Shown here: piece after piece, positions 42,484-55,200 of the stretch
How the letters are laid out: each line of letters begins with the position of its first letter
Numbering within the stretch: the first letter of the stretch is position 1
Notes under the pieces: generated by a model
What the model was told of the DNA's origin: nothing
The model's database searches: none
The model's input: only the letters and a program-made list of their open reading frames with translations
Position numbers and translations under genes: made by a program
DNA from: Antedon mediterranea
Taxonomy: Eukaryota; Animalia; Echinodermata
DNA: 64,000 nucleotides
NCBI RefSeq assembly: GCF_964355755.1
Contig: NC_092671.1
Location: 34,048,304 to 34,112,303 of the forward strand
Direction: 5' to 3'

Positions 42484-45400
42484 CAACTCTCTAGCATTAA
42501 TGGTTTACGAGATATGGGAAGACTATAATTTCACCCCCTTATTTGCATATTTCATGTAACTTGTACTACTAATTTGCATACTTTCGAAGTGTGTAACAAA
42601 GATTTGATTTTGGGAATTACAAAGCGGTCCTATGCAGAATATAATAAACCTGTATCCGAGTCATTTGAGGCCAAAACAAAGTCTCTACAGACATTTTAGT
42701 CTATTATATATGCAAACATTGATAAATAGGGTCAAGGGTTAATTGATATAAATATAAATATGTACATTTTGAACAAGTGTTAAAAAAATCAACTCTCTAA
42801 CCTTAGTGGTTTTCGATATATAGGAACCTGTAATTTCACCCCTAATTTGCATATATATCATGTAACTTGTACTAAAAATATGCATACTTTGGAGGTGAGT
42901 GATACAGGTGTGATTTTGAAATTTACTAAACAGTCTTATGTTGGCTATTAGAAATCTGTGGCCGTATTCACCAATCTCACTTAGGCTAAGGGAAATACTT
43001 ACCCTTAAAATTTAAGAATTCCCTTAACAAAGAGAAACACTTAAGGGGTATTCACAAATGAGTTAAGGGATTCACTTACCTAAGGAAAACACTTAATTTA
43101 AGGGTAAAACTTAAGGGTAAAAATAATCATAAATATTCATGAGTTGTCCCATTTTCCAATCACAGAGGATTTAATTCCCCTATGGTCCAATCACTTTCAT
43201 CTCTAAAACTAATTTGCATATTTAAAAAAAGAGCAAGGGGTTGTGGGGATGGGGAGGATGAAGAGAAAAGTGTGTGGACAATGATCAATAAAAAGAAAAT
43301 AGCAGTCAATACAAAAACAAGTAAATGAATATTAGACCTATAGACTAAATTGTATGAGGATCAAGAAAAATAGGTCTAGCATATATATACTAACAAATCA
43401 ACATTCTGTGTAGGCCTAAACCTGTCTGTATTGGGGCATATGCACCCTAGGCTGGTTACTGGGCAGACCAACAGGGGGCCTAGCATCTCTACCTAGCCTA
43501 CTAGAGAATGGGACTAATTTCTATTACAACGAAATGGGAAGCCATCTTCCACGAAAATAATAGTAGTCAAAACAAAAACAAATAAATGAATATATAGGCA
43601 TAGACTAATTATTATTTTAATTTATAAGAGTGATGATCATGATTTAGTAGACGGTAGAGCCTTATAGTATTGTGGAAACAATCGGATATCATTATAATAC
43701 TAACAAATAATTTACAAAAAGTTAAAACAATCTAAGACTAATAACCATAAATTCAATCAATAAAAACAGGGAATTGATACTTTTCAGTTTGTACGTATAA
43801 CACTGTAAAGAAGCTGAATATCCAAAAGTGTGCATCTTATTTCAGTTTAAGATATTATTTACTCAGTTACTGTATATTAAGTATGTATTACATTTTTCAA
43901 TTTTGAGGGTAAAAATAATACAAGCGTTAGTAGTCGCATTTCTTATTGTATTTTTATTTTTTTAAAAGGATTTCAATCACCCTATTGGTAAATTACTTTA
44001 AAATATAGAATGTTTTGTTGTTCATTGTTAATATTTTGTGCAAAGGTTTGTAATTTAGTTGCACCAATGTTTTTTCATGTCAGTTTATGTCCATAACTCA
44101 GAAAGTCATAATCTTTCATCCTATGTTCATAAGCATTAGAGACAATTTGCTTTCAAAAAGGTTTAATCTATGTATATACCCTGAGCAGTGTACAGTATAT
44201 TTTCTATCATGATGCCATACTTTACAGTTTTTGTTGATCATTGTTAGTAAATATTTTGTGCAAACGTTTGTAATTTAATTGCACCCGTGTTTTGCCTTTT
44301 TATGTTTATACTGTTTTAAAGTCGATTTAACATAAGTTTTAGAAAAAGCTCATTAAGTACTCGTGAATGAAGATGTCCTTTATAAACCTGAGGTATACCA
44401 TTTCAGTTCTATTTTCCTAATTACTTTTTTGTATTTATTGAACTTAATATCTATTTTAACAATTCAGCACCAGTTAACACATTTTGTTTAATATGATGTA
44501 TTACTGTAGTCCTTAACAATCATATTATGTTCATTTAATAATATAACATACTACTAATCTAGTAGTTGTATTGTTACTTAATTAAGATTGATTCTAAGTA
44601 CATCAGCCTAACGTTTTTTTATTAAATTATATATTCTATAATGTCATTATTTCTAAATGTATCTTTGATGTTATGCTTGAAGACATTTTACAAAATACGT
44701 GAGTTCGGGTAGGAATAAATTTACTTTTCTCTCTCTCTCTCTTAAATAAAATTAAGAGAGTAAGAGTTTCTTTGGTCAAAATTACAAAAAATATTTTTTA
44801 TTTGAACAATTAACAATTTCAGTTAAATAATTGTTTATGGAGAATTTATTTGTATGATTTTACTATGTACTGACGAGTTTACTCATTTGCATACAGATGC
44901 CCTCTCCAGCAAAGTATAAAACGGTGAATAACTACTGCTTGTTACTGAGTACATTTGGATATTACAAGAAAAGGAAAAAGCAAATAAACCAATAGGAGGC
45001 CTGGCAAATAAGGAAACAAATACAAAAATGCATTAATTTATATTTTCATACAGATTACTCACTACAATACTGGGGAAGGAAATTGAAAACTGAGCCATTG
45101 TACTTGGATGAGTAGAAAATCACATGATGCTTCCGACTCTAGAAGATTGAAACTAAAGTTAATATAGACAATAATAGTCTGAATCAAATGAACCATAACA
45201 TTGTTTTTTCCACTGAAAGCACTTTTGTCAATTCTGGATCAGCCGATGAAACGAGAGTAGTTGTAAATATGGAGTGCTATTCATTGGTTTTACCTTCCTT
45301 GTTTAGTTCCTTAAATATGATACTCTCATACTGTAATCAACGAGTCTTGAATAAGTGTAAAACATTATATATGTTTAATTACTCAATGGCGGCTTGGTTT

Positions 45401-45664
45401 CTCTCTGAATAAGATATCTGGTAAGTATAGTTTTGAGATGCTATATTTTACATGATAAATATCATCATAATTTCAATTTTCATCATAAGAGGTAGCGATT
45501 TGTGGTCGCAAATCTAGACCAGATAAACCAGACCTGACTGAAGTATATATCACTGTTTTATAATTATAAATTAATAAACCTGATTAAAACCTTACACCTA
45601 AATTTGTAATCATAGTATAGAAAGAAAGTTTTAGTTTATAATTTGTTAACAATACCACATTTAC

Positions 45665-45940
45665 AGTATATAGCGCTCTTTTCATGAGTATTAAAGCTCA
45701 ACGTAGCATTATTAGCCCGGTTTTTTATTTTGTTGGATCAAACATAGGGCCTACTCCCATAATGCAGCTAGTAGGCCTAATCGGCGCAAAGTTATGTCTT
45801 GATCTAACCGGGTCCATTTTATACACCTTGGTGAAGAGAACCGAATGTAAGTATTTTGCCTAAGAATACAATCTATGCGGTGAGAGTTTAATTCGAACCA
45901 CAATCTAACGATCGGTAATCCAGCATCCAACACACGCCCT
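45665..45940 (-). mobile_element. Second, more degenerate copy of the same SINE
   Basis: Reverse complement reads agggcgtgtgttgga...ggttcgaat...ttcttaggcaaaatactt...cccggttagatcaagacataactttgcg. Confidence 0.75.
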
Positions 45941-46252
45941 GGATTTCTTTTAGTTCCGTTGTAATTCCATTTTTCATGATAGACTTAGGCCTATACCAAG
46001 GAAGAGTTAAATTACATAATATAACTCTTCCCTGCTTATGCTTAATGAAGACAATCGCGAACGTCTATTACAATGTTTACATAATTTATAATGCTCTGCC
46101 TATAATAACATTGATTTCTGGTAGTTCTACTCCTTTGTTTTCTACTTAACAACCTAATATTTTATAACCATAGAACATTGCATTTTTAAGATTTAATTTT
46201 TAAGTAATTGTACCAGAATTTGACGATACGATGATATCCAAATTCATAGACA

Positions 46253-49200
46253 ATGAGGAAGAAAGATGACAGGTAATAACAGGTATTAGCTATAATTGAA
46301 CTGCAACGTAACATACATGTTGTGAGGAAATTAGCTGTATGTTACCATGGATGCTACAAATCGATTTCAGAACCAGTGAGTTATTATATTTTCTGATAAA
46401 TTTAAATTAAGGGTTTATTTCACTGTATTTTGTAAAAAAAATATTCATTCCAGTAATTGCATTGTGTGTTTTTCTTAAGGTGCTATTTATAGATATAGAA
46501 ACTTCTCAAAACGTTGATTATTAAAAGAAAATGACAGATCAGAGTAGGATGTTTTTTATCTAAATTGTTTGAAAATTTAAACAATGCTACACAGAGGAAA
46601 ATCAAGAATTTTTTAGAACTATTCAGACATTATGTAAAACTTACTAAAAAAACTCAATATTTTTTTACAGGGAACAGGAAAGATGGCTAGAGTACGTAAT
46701 AACTTAAATCAAGTATTAATGCCTCAATAAAGAACAAATCCGATGTATTAATATGTTATTGCTCTGTTATAATATTATACAAAGAGAGTTCTACTTGTAA
46801 ACGCTAACTCACTTATTAAGGATAATGATTTTTCTTTAACGTATAATTTAATATATTAATTTTTTTTGGATCTAATCTTCTTTTGACAAATGCAAATGCT
46901 CTAAATTGTATTATGTGCAAACGTTTTGTTTTTGATTGATTTATCTGGTCGTATCATTATTTTTGAATATTTGTATTGGTTCTCTGAAGTGCCTCTAAGG
47001 TACATAAAAGTGGTTTCACCTTGTGAGGTGCCTCTGTGCAAAATACAAAATAAAAAATGTATTAAAAAATCTTCTATAACAAAACATTTTAAAATATTTT
47101 CTTCGTATTAGAAAAAAATTAAAAAGGTAAATAAATAAGTATTTGATGAGTAAACTAATACGTAGGATACTAATCGTTTTTGTTTTAAAAGTAATATATT
47201 TACCATTATTTACATATATAAACATACTAATGAAACTACTTTTTTACAGAGAAAGAAGAAGATGGACAGAGTAAGTGTGAACTAATATTTAATAAGTGTA
47301 AAAAAATTATAACCAAAATTTTCCAAAGCAAAATAAAAATACTCTGGTTTTCAATTAAAAAAATATACTACAGGCCTACAATTATAATTTACTTTATTTT
47401 CATATTATACATTTAAAATAAAAACATTATTGTAAGAAAAATATTTTTGGTTAATTTTTGGTTAAAAAGAGCAAAAAAAATTTCCAATTTGAAAACAATG
47501 CAAAATGAAAATGAACTGAATATCTTTTTTATGGAAAAGTAAAATTAATGCACAAATTATATTATTTTTTCATAAACAGTGCTGAATTTTGGTCAGTGAT
47601 TGATGAGCTTTCAAGTGAAATTAAAGCAAATGATCTTCAGATCCTGAAGGTTGTCTTCTATGACATAATCAACAACAAAAAAGAATTAGAAGCAGCGACA
47701 GCTAATAGTTTGTTCAGATTATTACATTCAGAGGGTTACATTGAAACTAAGGTTTATGTTAACTGTGATTTGTTATTTGAAGTATTTAAAGTGACAGGAC
47801 TCCAAAGACTACACGACATACTATCCAAGAACTACCGTAGACAGAAACTGACAAACAAAATCACAGGTTACAGATGGATGCTCGTTAGACTTGGCAAATC
47901 ATTAGATAATGAACATGTAAAATTACTTGCTAAGATTTGCAATATTGACAAAAACGATTTAGAAAATGCTTGGAATTTAATTAAAATATTGAGTCAAGAA
48001 AAGCTTAAAGACAGTATAGAATCATTGATGGAATTTGAAGCACTTTTGAAAGAGCACAAAGAACTGAATCATGAACTTGATATTGTAAGATCATGTGGTA
48101 AGTATATCATATTGTATTAACTACAATCAGATTATATTATTATTTGAAATGTTTAAATACATTGTTTGTTTCCATGTATTGTATAACGTTGTTAACGTAC
48201 AAAGTGCCAAATCAATATATATATATTTAAATCATTGTTTAAAGAACATTTATTATCATTTTACAAATAATTTTAAAATAATACTTGTTGCAGGATTTAG
48301 ATTTTTTTATTATTTATGTTTTAGTTTTTAGGCTAGTTAGGGACGTATGGAGAGTTTTTATGTGTTTCCTTTTCATCTTTATTTTATGTTCTCATATATT
48401 GTTGTATATTTTCATGATTGATGATGAATAAAGAATATTTGAATTTGAATTTGAAAATTTGAATAAAATTACCTAACCAGTCACGAAAGCAATGTAAATG
48501 TACATTGTTAACATGTGTAGCTTGGTTCTACAAAAATACAATCAATTTATTGTGCTTTGAGCATACACCTGTAATGTTAAAAATGTTTTATTCTTTGATT
48601 TTTTTAGTGCAACAAAAGAAACTGAGTGATGGTATGTAAAAAAGCTAAATAATAGTATCAAATGTTTACATAAATCCTAGCAAGTTCCTTAGAATCTAGT
48701 AAAAATGTGAATTGTAAAATGATTTTGCTTGAGAGCAAAGGAAATGATTGAATGTATATATATTTTAAGGTGATTTTATTCTGTTATTTTTGTTTATTTC
48801 TACCTTTCCGTCAGATTGTTGATTTTCTTTGTAATGTGGTTTTTCCTTATTTTCAATCCATTCATGTTATTGATCTAATTTATATAATAATAAAAATCAG
48901 AAATTCTTTGTCAATAATTAAGAACAAATGTATGTATTTTTTTTAACTACTCATACATATATTGCGTGTAGATTCTGCTCCACAATTATCCGTTGTTTAT
49001 AGTAAACACCCTGCCTCCATGGGTAGGCTTATCTCAACATTTGAAATAACACAAATCTAATTCTTAATATAGTACTATTTGTTATGTGTATTTATATTAT
49101 GTACGTCTTTTAAATATACTATAGTTCCTCTTGAGGTGTTGGCAAGAGGTCAGGAGGCTAAGAATGCATTTCTTGATGCCATACAAGAAGGCAGCAAACC

Positions 49201-52200
49201 TATATATCAAACACGTCTAATGCTTGTAGGACAAGAGCGTGCTGGAAAAACGAGTCTAACCAAAGCACTCATTGGTCACCCGTAAGTAGGCCTATTCTTT
49301 TGTGTGTTTTTTTTAAATTAATTTCGGGTACAATTTTGTTTGCTTTAAATGAATTGTCTTTGTTTATATCTTAGGTGTATATTTTATTTCCATACATAAG
49401 TTCCTTATCTCTCTTTACATATAGTTTTCTCTAAAAACATTTTCATTTCAGTACACTTTGCATATTACTCTATTAACAATGTTTGTTTTTATCATCAGCT
49501 TATTTTCTGTTTGTATCTTTTCCTATATAATTTCTACTTGTACTGCTTTCCTCTTTTTATAAAAAAAAACATTTTTCAACAGAGTTGAAAACAAATTAAT
49601 AGTCTTGCCTGAATTGTGTAAATTTGTGTCATAAAATGTGATAATATCTATTGTAGTATTTTATTTATTTAGGTTCGATGATAATGAGAAAGTTACTGAT
49701 GGAATAGAATTGTCATGCACAATTAATGTTAAGCATACTACTAACTGGACACCAAATCAAAATAAAAGTATGCTACATTTTTATTGAGAAACATAATATT
49801 TTCAATAACAATTAATAAACATACAAATAAGATTTGAAATGGATTGGTTATTAATACATATTAAACTATCGTACTGTATTGTTTAACCAGATAGGCATTC
49901 ACAGACCATAAGATAAAAGCAAATACCTTTACATCACTTTTACTATTCACAGAAACGAATAAAGCAATGCAAGAATATAGAAGAACTCTAGCAGAAGAAA
50001 TTGTAAATGATATTTTGAAGAATAAAGAAGAAAAACAAACTGAGGTTAGAACAATGCTTACGATTACCACAAATTAGGACAAATTACTTGTATGTTATTT
50101 TCTTTGTATTCTTAGGCTAATTATTGTCAATGTTTACAAATTATATATTAAAAGTTAAGAGAACATGTGAAGAAACAAGAAAATGGAGAAGTTTGCAGTG
50201 TTGGTGAGCTAGAGGAAGCAACTTTACTAACCTTTTCAAATTCAACATACAATGGTAGGATTTTTGTTAAGAATTCCATAAAATAACCAATAATAACAAA
50301 CATACTAGGAATTTTTTACCTTTTAGCCAGGTCTCACATACACGCATACCACCCACATTTACAACGCATAGTTGGAATTAAATTTAAACAAATTGATGTG
50401 TAATTACTCTACCATAAAATAACTATTCTTGCTAGTAAACAAACTGTAACAATTCTACATATCATCGTCAAAATAGTTTGAAGACTAGATATAATGTTAA
50501 TATTTTATATTAGTTCTCTATTTTTTTTCTTATTGGTATGGAATAAAGGTCAAACATGTACAGAAATAAGTGCTATAACAACATTGGAAATAGAGGAAGA
50601 GAAAAAAGAAAAACTTCAGGTTTGTAATACAAATCTAATTATCTAATCTAATGTAATTAAATCTAATCTAATACTGTGATTGATAAAAAAAAACATTTAG
50701 GCTTACCTCTGTATTTTTTGTGTTTTGTGTTTGTGAAGTAGAACTTTATGGCCAGATTTGCTGGTGTATTCCTCACTTGTCTCAATATATGTCCGAAAAG
50801 CTTCCAAATACCTTAATCTGTAATCACAAAAACACAATATTATTGTTGTCATTTCCAAAACAGTCTGAAATAGAGCATACATTGGTTTTATTCAGTTTGT
50901 GTGACCTCCGCTACCTTTTCCAGTAACAAGGCCATATATAGTGCAGTCGCGTCGCGTGCTCAAGTTAGTGTTTACCGACCGACCGACCAACACAGTAACC
51001 TGTAGAGTTGCACGCGACTAAAAACAATCATAAAACCAGTAACTTAAAAATAACTTGTTTCAAACTTGCTATGTGGCAACATATTATATTTCATTTTTAA
51101 AGTTAAAACAGAATAATTGACTTTGTTTTCCTTGCTTTTTTAATCTTATCTCTTTACGTCATATTTGTTTAATTTGATTTGTATTATATTTTGTAAAATA
51201 TATCATTTGCCTGAATAAATAATAATAATCATAACATGTATTCTATTCCGAATTGATTGTATAGGATTCAAAGGAAATAGGAAGAAAGAAACAGGAATAT
51301 GAACAATTTGGTAAAGGTGTTTAAGAAATTATACATCTATTTGAAGAAGTAGCTTTTACATGCTAATTTTTCACAAGAATGCAAAATGAATAATAATGGC
51401 AATGATAGTAAAAATGTTGTTGATGGAAATACTTTTAAATGTACACATTTAGGTCTATAACAAATTAATGATAATGTATAATGTGATAACTGTGAATACG
51501 ATTTATGATAGTGCAATCATATTGCTGAACCAACATTGTATTGAATTCTAAATGAATACAAAGGCCTCCTGAAGAAAATAGAAAAACTTTAAAGTCGGAA
51601 CCCTTTTTCTGTCAAAGCCAGACACCTGGTTAAAATAATCCATTTATATATTTTTTTTAAATTTTTTTTAATTGGATAGGCCTAACAGAAGATACTCAAG
51701 AAGAGGTATTTAAACTTGTTAAAAACATTCTTGAAGAAAAGAAAAGGAATGGAGAAAAAAAAATTTCGGAAGAAATTAAAAAAGTACAGCAGACTATTGG
51801 TGATCTGACTCTCAGCATTTGGGATTTTGCTGGACAAGATCTTTATTACATTACTCATCAGGTAGTCACTGGCATTTAAAAAATTAAGACAGTTGCTTCA
51901 GCATCATGTGTAACTTTTTTATTGATCAAAAAGAGACTTTTTCATGTGATTATATATTTTTCTTGAATACTGTAGATGTTTCTGGTATCCCGTGCTATTT
52001 ACATCATCTGTTTCAACCTCTGTCATGACCTCAATGCACCATCTAGAGTAGAAGTATTTCATAGAGAATATGGAAAGGTATAGTAAGGTAGAGTTATCGA
52101 AAATAATAGTAACTGTATAATAGTGTTTGAACATTTACTCGAGTTGATAAGTGGATATCTAGAATTTATAGACATTGTAATATTAATATAGCTTTTTCAA

Positions 52201-55200
52201 TCTTAAAACCATTTTCTGTGGCTGAAAAAAATTAGAAGGTTATGATATTGCATCTCTGTGTTGTATCCATTGTATCCATGCCACTCTCTATACGTTATCT
52301 TTTAGCAAATATTATTACGTTCATGTTTAATTCATTAATTATTTTCAATAATAAGTAATTTTCAGATTACAGATGCTGACCATTACATGACCAACTTAGA
52401 TCGTGTGGTTTTTTGGTCACAATCAATCTACTCGCATACCACTGAAAATTCTGTGTCAAACCAGAAACAGTTTTCACCACCTATATTTATTGTTGGAACT
52501 CACAGAGAAAGTCTGCCAGGCAATGATGAAGAGAGACAAGCTCTTGTGAGTATTAGACTAACACTATATAAAGCCAAAAAAGAATTCAAAATGTGTGAAA
52601 AAGTTGAAAAGTTATACATTATAATAATATTTGATTTTAAATATAAAACCAAATATTTAAACAACAATAAAACATCCATTTGTATATCTTTGTAGACAGA
52701 AGACAAGTTTTTACTGATAAAAAAGGCATTTAAACAAAAACCATATGAAGATCATGTTGTGTTGAAGTATTATGCCATTGATAATAGCGTCAGATCACCA
52801 TTGGATAAATCCATTGTTGAGCTTAGAGATCATATCACAGAGGTGGCTAAGAATGAATCGTATATGGGAGAGAAGATGCCATTAAAATGGTTGAATTTCT
52901 TGCATGAAATTGAACAATTACGTGCACAGAATGAACACTCAATTAACTTCAAGCAGGCAAGTAATACGATGATTGTAATTGTTTTGCTTTTTTTTCATTG
53001 CATGGTTGGTTGTTTATATAATTACCTATTTTTAATCGAAAATGTTTATTTACTTTCATTTTCAATCATATTTATGACAAGCAAATTGTTTGTTTTTTAT
53101 TTATTAAAATTGAAATACCAGGTAACGAAAATCTCATCCAAGTGTCATATCAACACAAATATTCAGTTATTTGCTATGTTACATTTTCATCACGACCTTG
53201 GTAACATCGTTTACTACGGGGAAAGAGACACACCATATAGCGCCCTCAATGACATCATCATTATAATACCGCAGTGGTTGATTTACATATTCAGGCTAGT
53301 TATCACAGTGAAGAATCCTTCAGATCAAGTATGAGTTTTATTTTATTTTGTTAGTTTATTCGACAGGTTTATTTTACTTACGTTTACTACTTTAAAACCA
53401 TAGTGATGAAGATAATTTGAAACTCTGTAAGTCAACGATATGATTTTATTTCCAGGTGTTGAACAATTCAATAGTGATAAGAACTGCTGGCACATACTAA
53501 ACTAGTTGCTGTATTACTTGTTTATGTTGTTTTTGTAGTGGGCAGAGTTTAGAAGCTCTTGGAAAAAACTTGATGAAGAAGGTTTCCTGGAAGAGAGACT
53601 ACTTAGACGTATGTGGCAAGAATTTCTTGAGAAATTTGAAGCATTGTTACAGCTAATGCAGAAATTTGACTTGATATGTGTTAAAACTCAGTCTATTCTG
53701 TACAAACAGGTTTTTAACTTCTTTTTTTCGTTACTTAATCAAGTAGTTTTGTTTGGTGTTTTTTTTTCATCTTAAAACTTGTATTTAACACTCTTAAACC
53801 TTAATTAAATCCTATTAGAAACATTAATTTCAACTTCTTTTCAAAAGACAACAGGTACTAAAAGTGATCGTCTCTTTTATGTGCCATCACTGCTGAAGAA
53901 GAAGGAAGGTGATGAGATGGTATCACTTGATAAACTGGCAAAGTCAAATAATACTGTGGTATTCTACGTTAACTTTGATGGTTTCCTACCTGAAGGACTG
54001 TACTATCGACTCGTAGTAAGAATTGTACATTGGTCACAACAAAGGTCACATGATAAGGGTTATAATCCTAGACTCTTTTACCAGCAGGTAAAGGTGTACA
54101 TTGATCAGAACCACGATGCAATCATCAGGATCCTGCCTGAAAAAAGATCTTGTATCCAGGTAGGCTAGGAGTGTTTGGTATTTTTTCATTGTTCCCTGTT
54201 CTTGTGATTAAAAAATTAAAATGAATTGACAGAAGAATGTATTGCTCTTTTAAGCCAATTAAATTTCTTTTCGATACAACACATTTTGTATTAATGCATT
54301 AAAAAGTAATTTAATTGATGTACATGGTTATTTGCTAAAATGATTTATAAACTTCTGCAGACTAGCTCAATTTAAAAATCAGCCAAGCTCCAATATATGA
54401 CTTTTTTATATTATATAGGTTGTTATTTATAAACTTAAAGTTGGTGGTAAACATCTTGAACCATCCCCAAGTGTGTGCAAAGAGGTAAGTATCAAGTTCT
54501 TATATATTTTTTTATTTATTTAATTTGGATTTATATAGCGCTTTTCCAAGTGTCCAAAGCGCTGTACAATTGATAATACTAAATACTCAATACTTACAAA
54601 AACAAAAAAATAAAATGGAATGAAAAAACAAAAATATATAATTATAAAAACTATGGGGGCCTATACAAAAAGTTACCGTAATTACATTACCATGATTTAG
54701 GAAAAAAACATTTTCTTTAAATATTGCACATTTGGGGCTTCACGAATATATGATGGTAAGTTATTCTACAACCTAGGACAGATGACAGAAAAACACTTAT
54801 CACCAAACGACCTCTTGGTCTTGGGGATGGCAAGACGGGTATGGTCTTGGGTACAGTAGATCGAAGTCCTTGCCGACCAAAATTGTGTTTGTTTATAAGG
54901 TCCTGTAAATAACCAGGTGCTGAGCCATACAGACAGTTGTACACATGCACTAAGATTTTGAATTCGATCCTCTGCTGGACAGGCAACCAATGCAGCTCCC
55001 TAATGAGAAGAAACGCCGTGGTGCGCTTGCTAGCTTGAAAAATAAGACGCGCAGCGCTATTTTGCATTGTTTGCAAACGTCGGACGTCTGAAACAGCCAA
55101 TCCACCTAGCAAAGAGTTGCCATAGTCCAGTCGGGAAAGAATTGAAGATCTCACTACATCTGTACAAGTAGAGCGGTCTATGAAACACCGAATCCTACTC

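Noticed and set aside
41781-42559. MQYTP / IGVYCM repeat proteins
   Set aside because: Translations of a 21-bp minisatellite open in several frames; no splice context.
42959-43120. MITE end with TTAAGG subrepeats
   Set aside because: No matching second terminus found.
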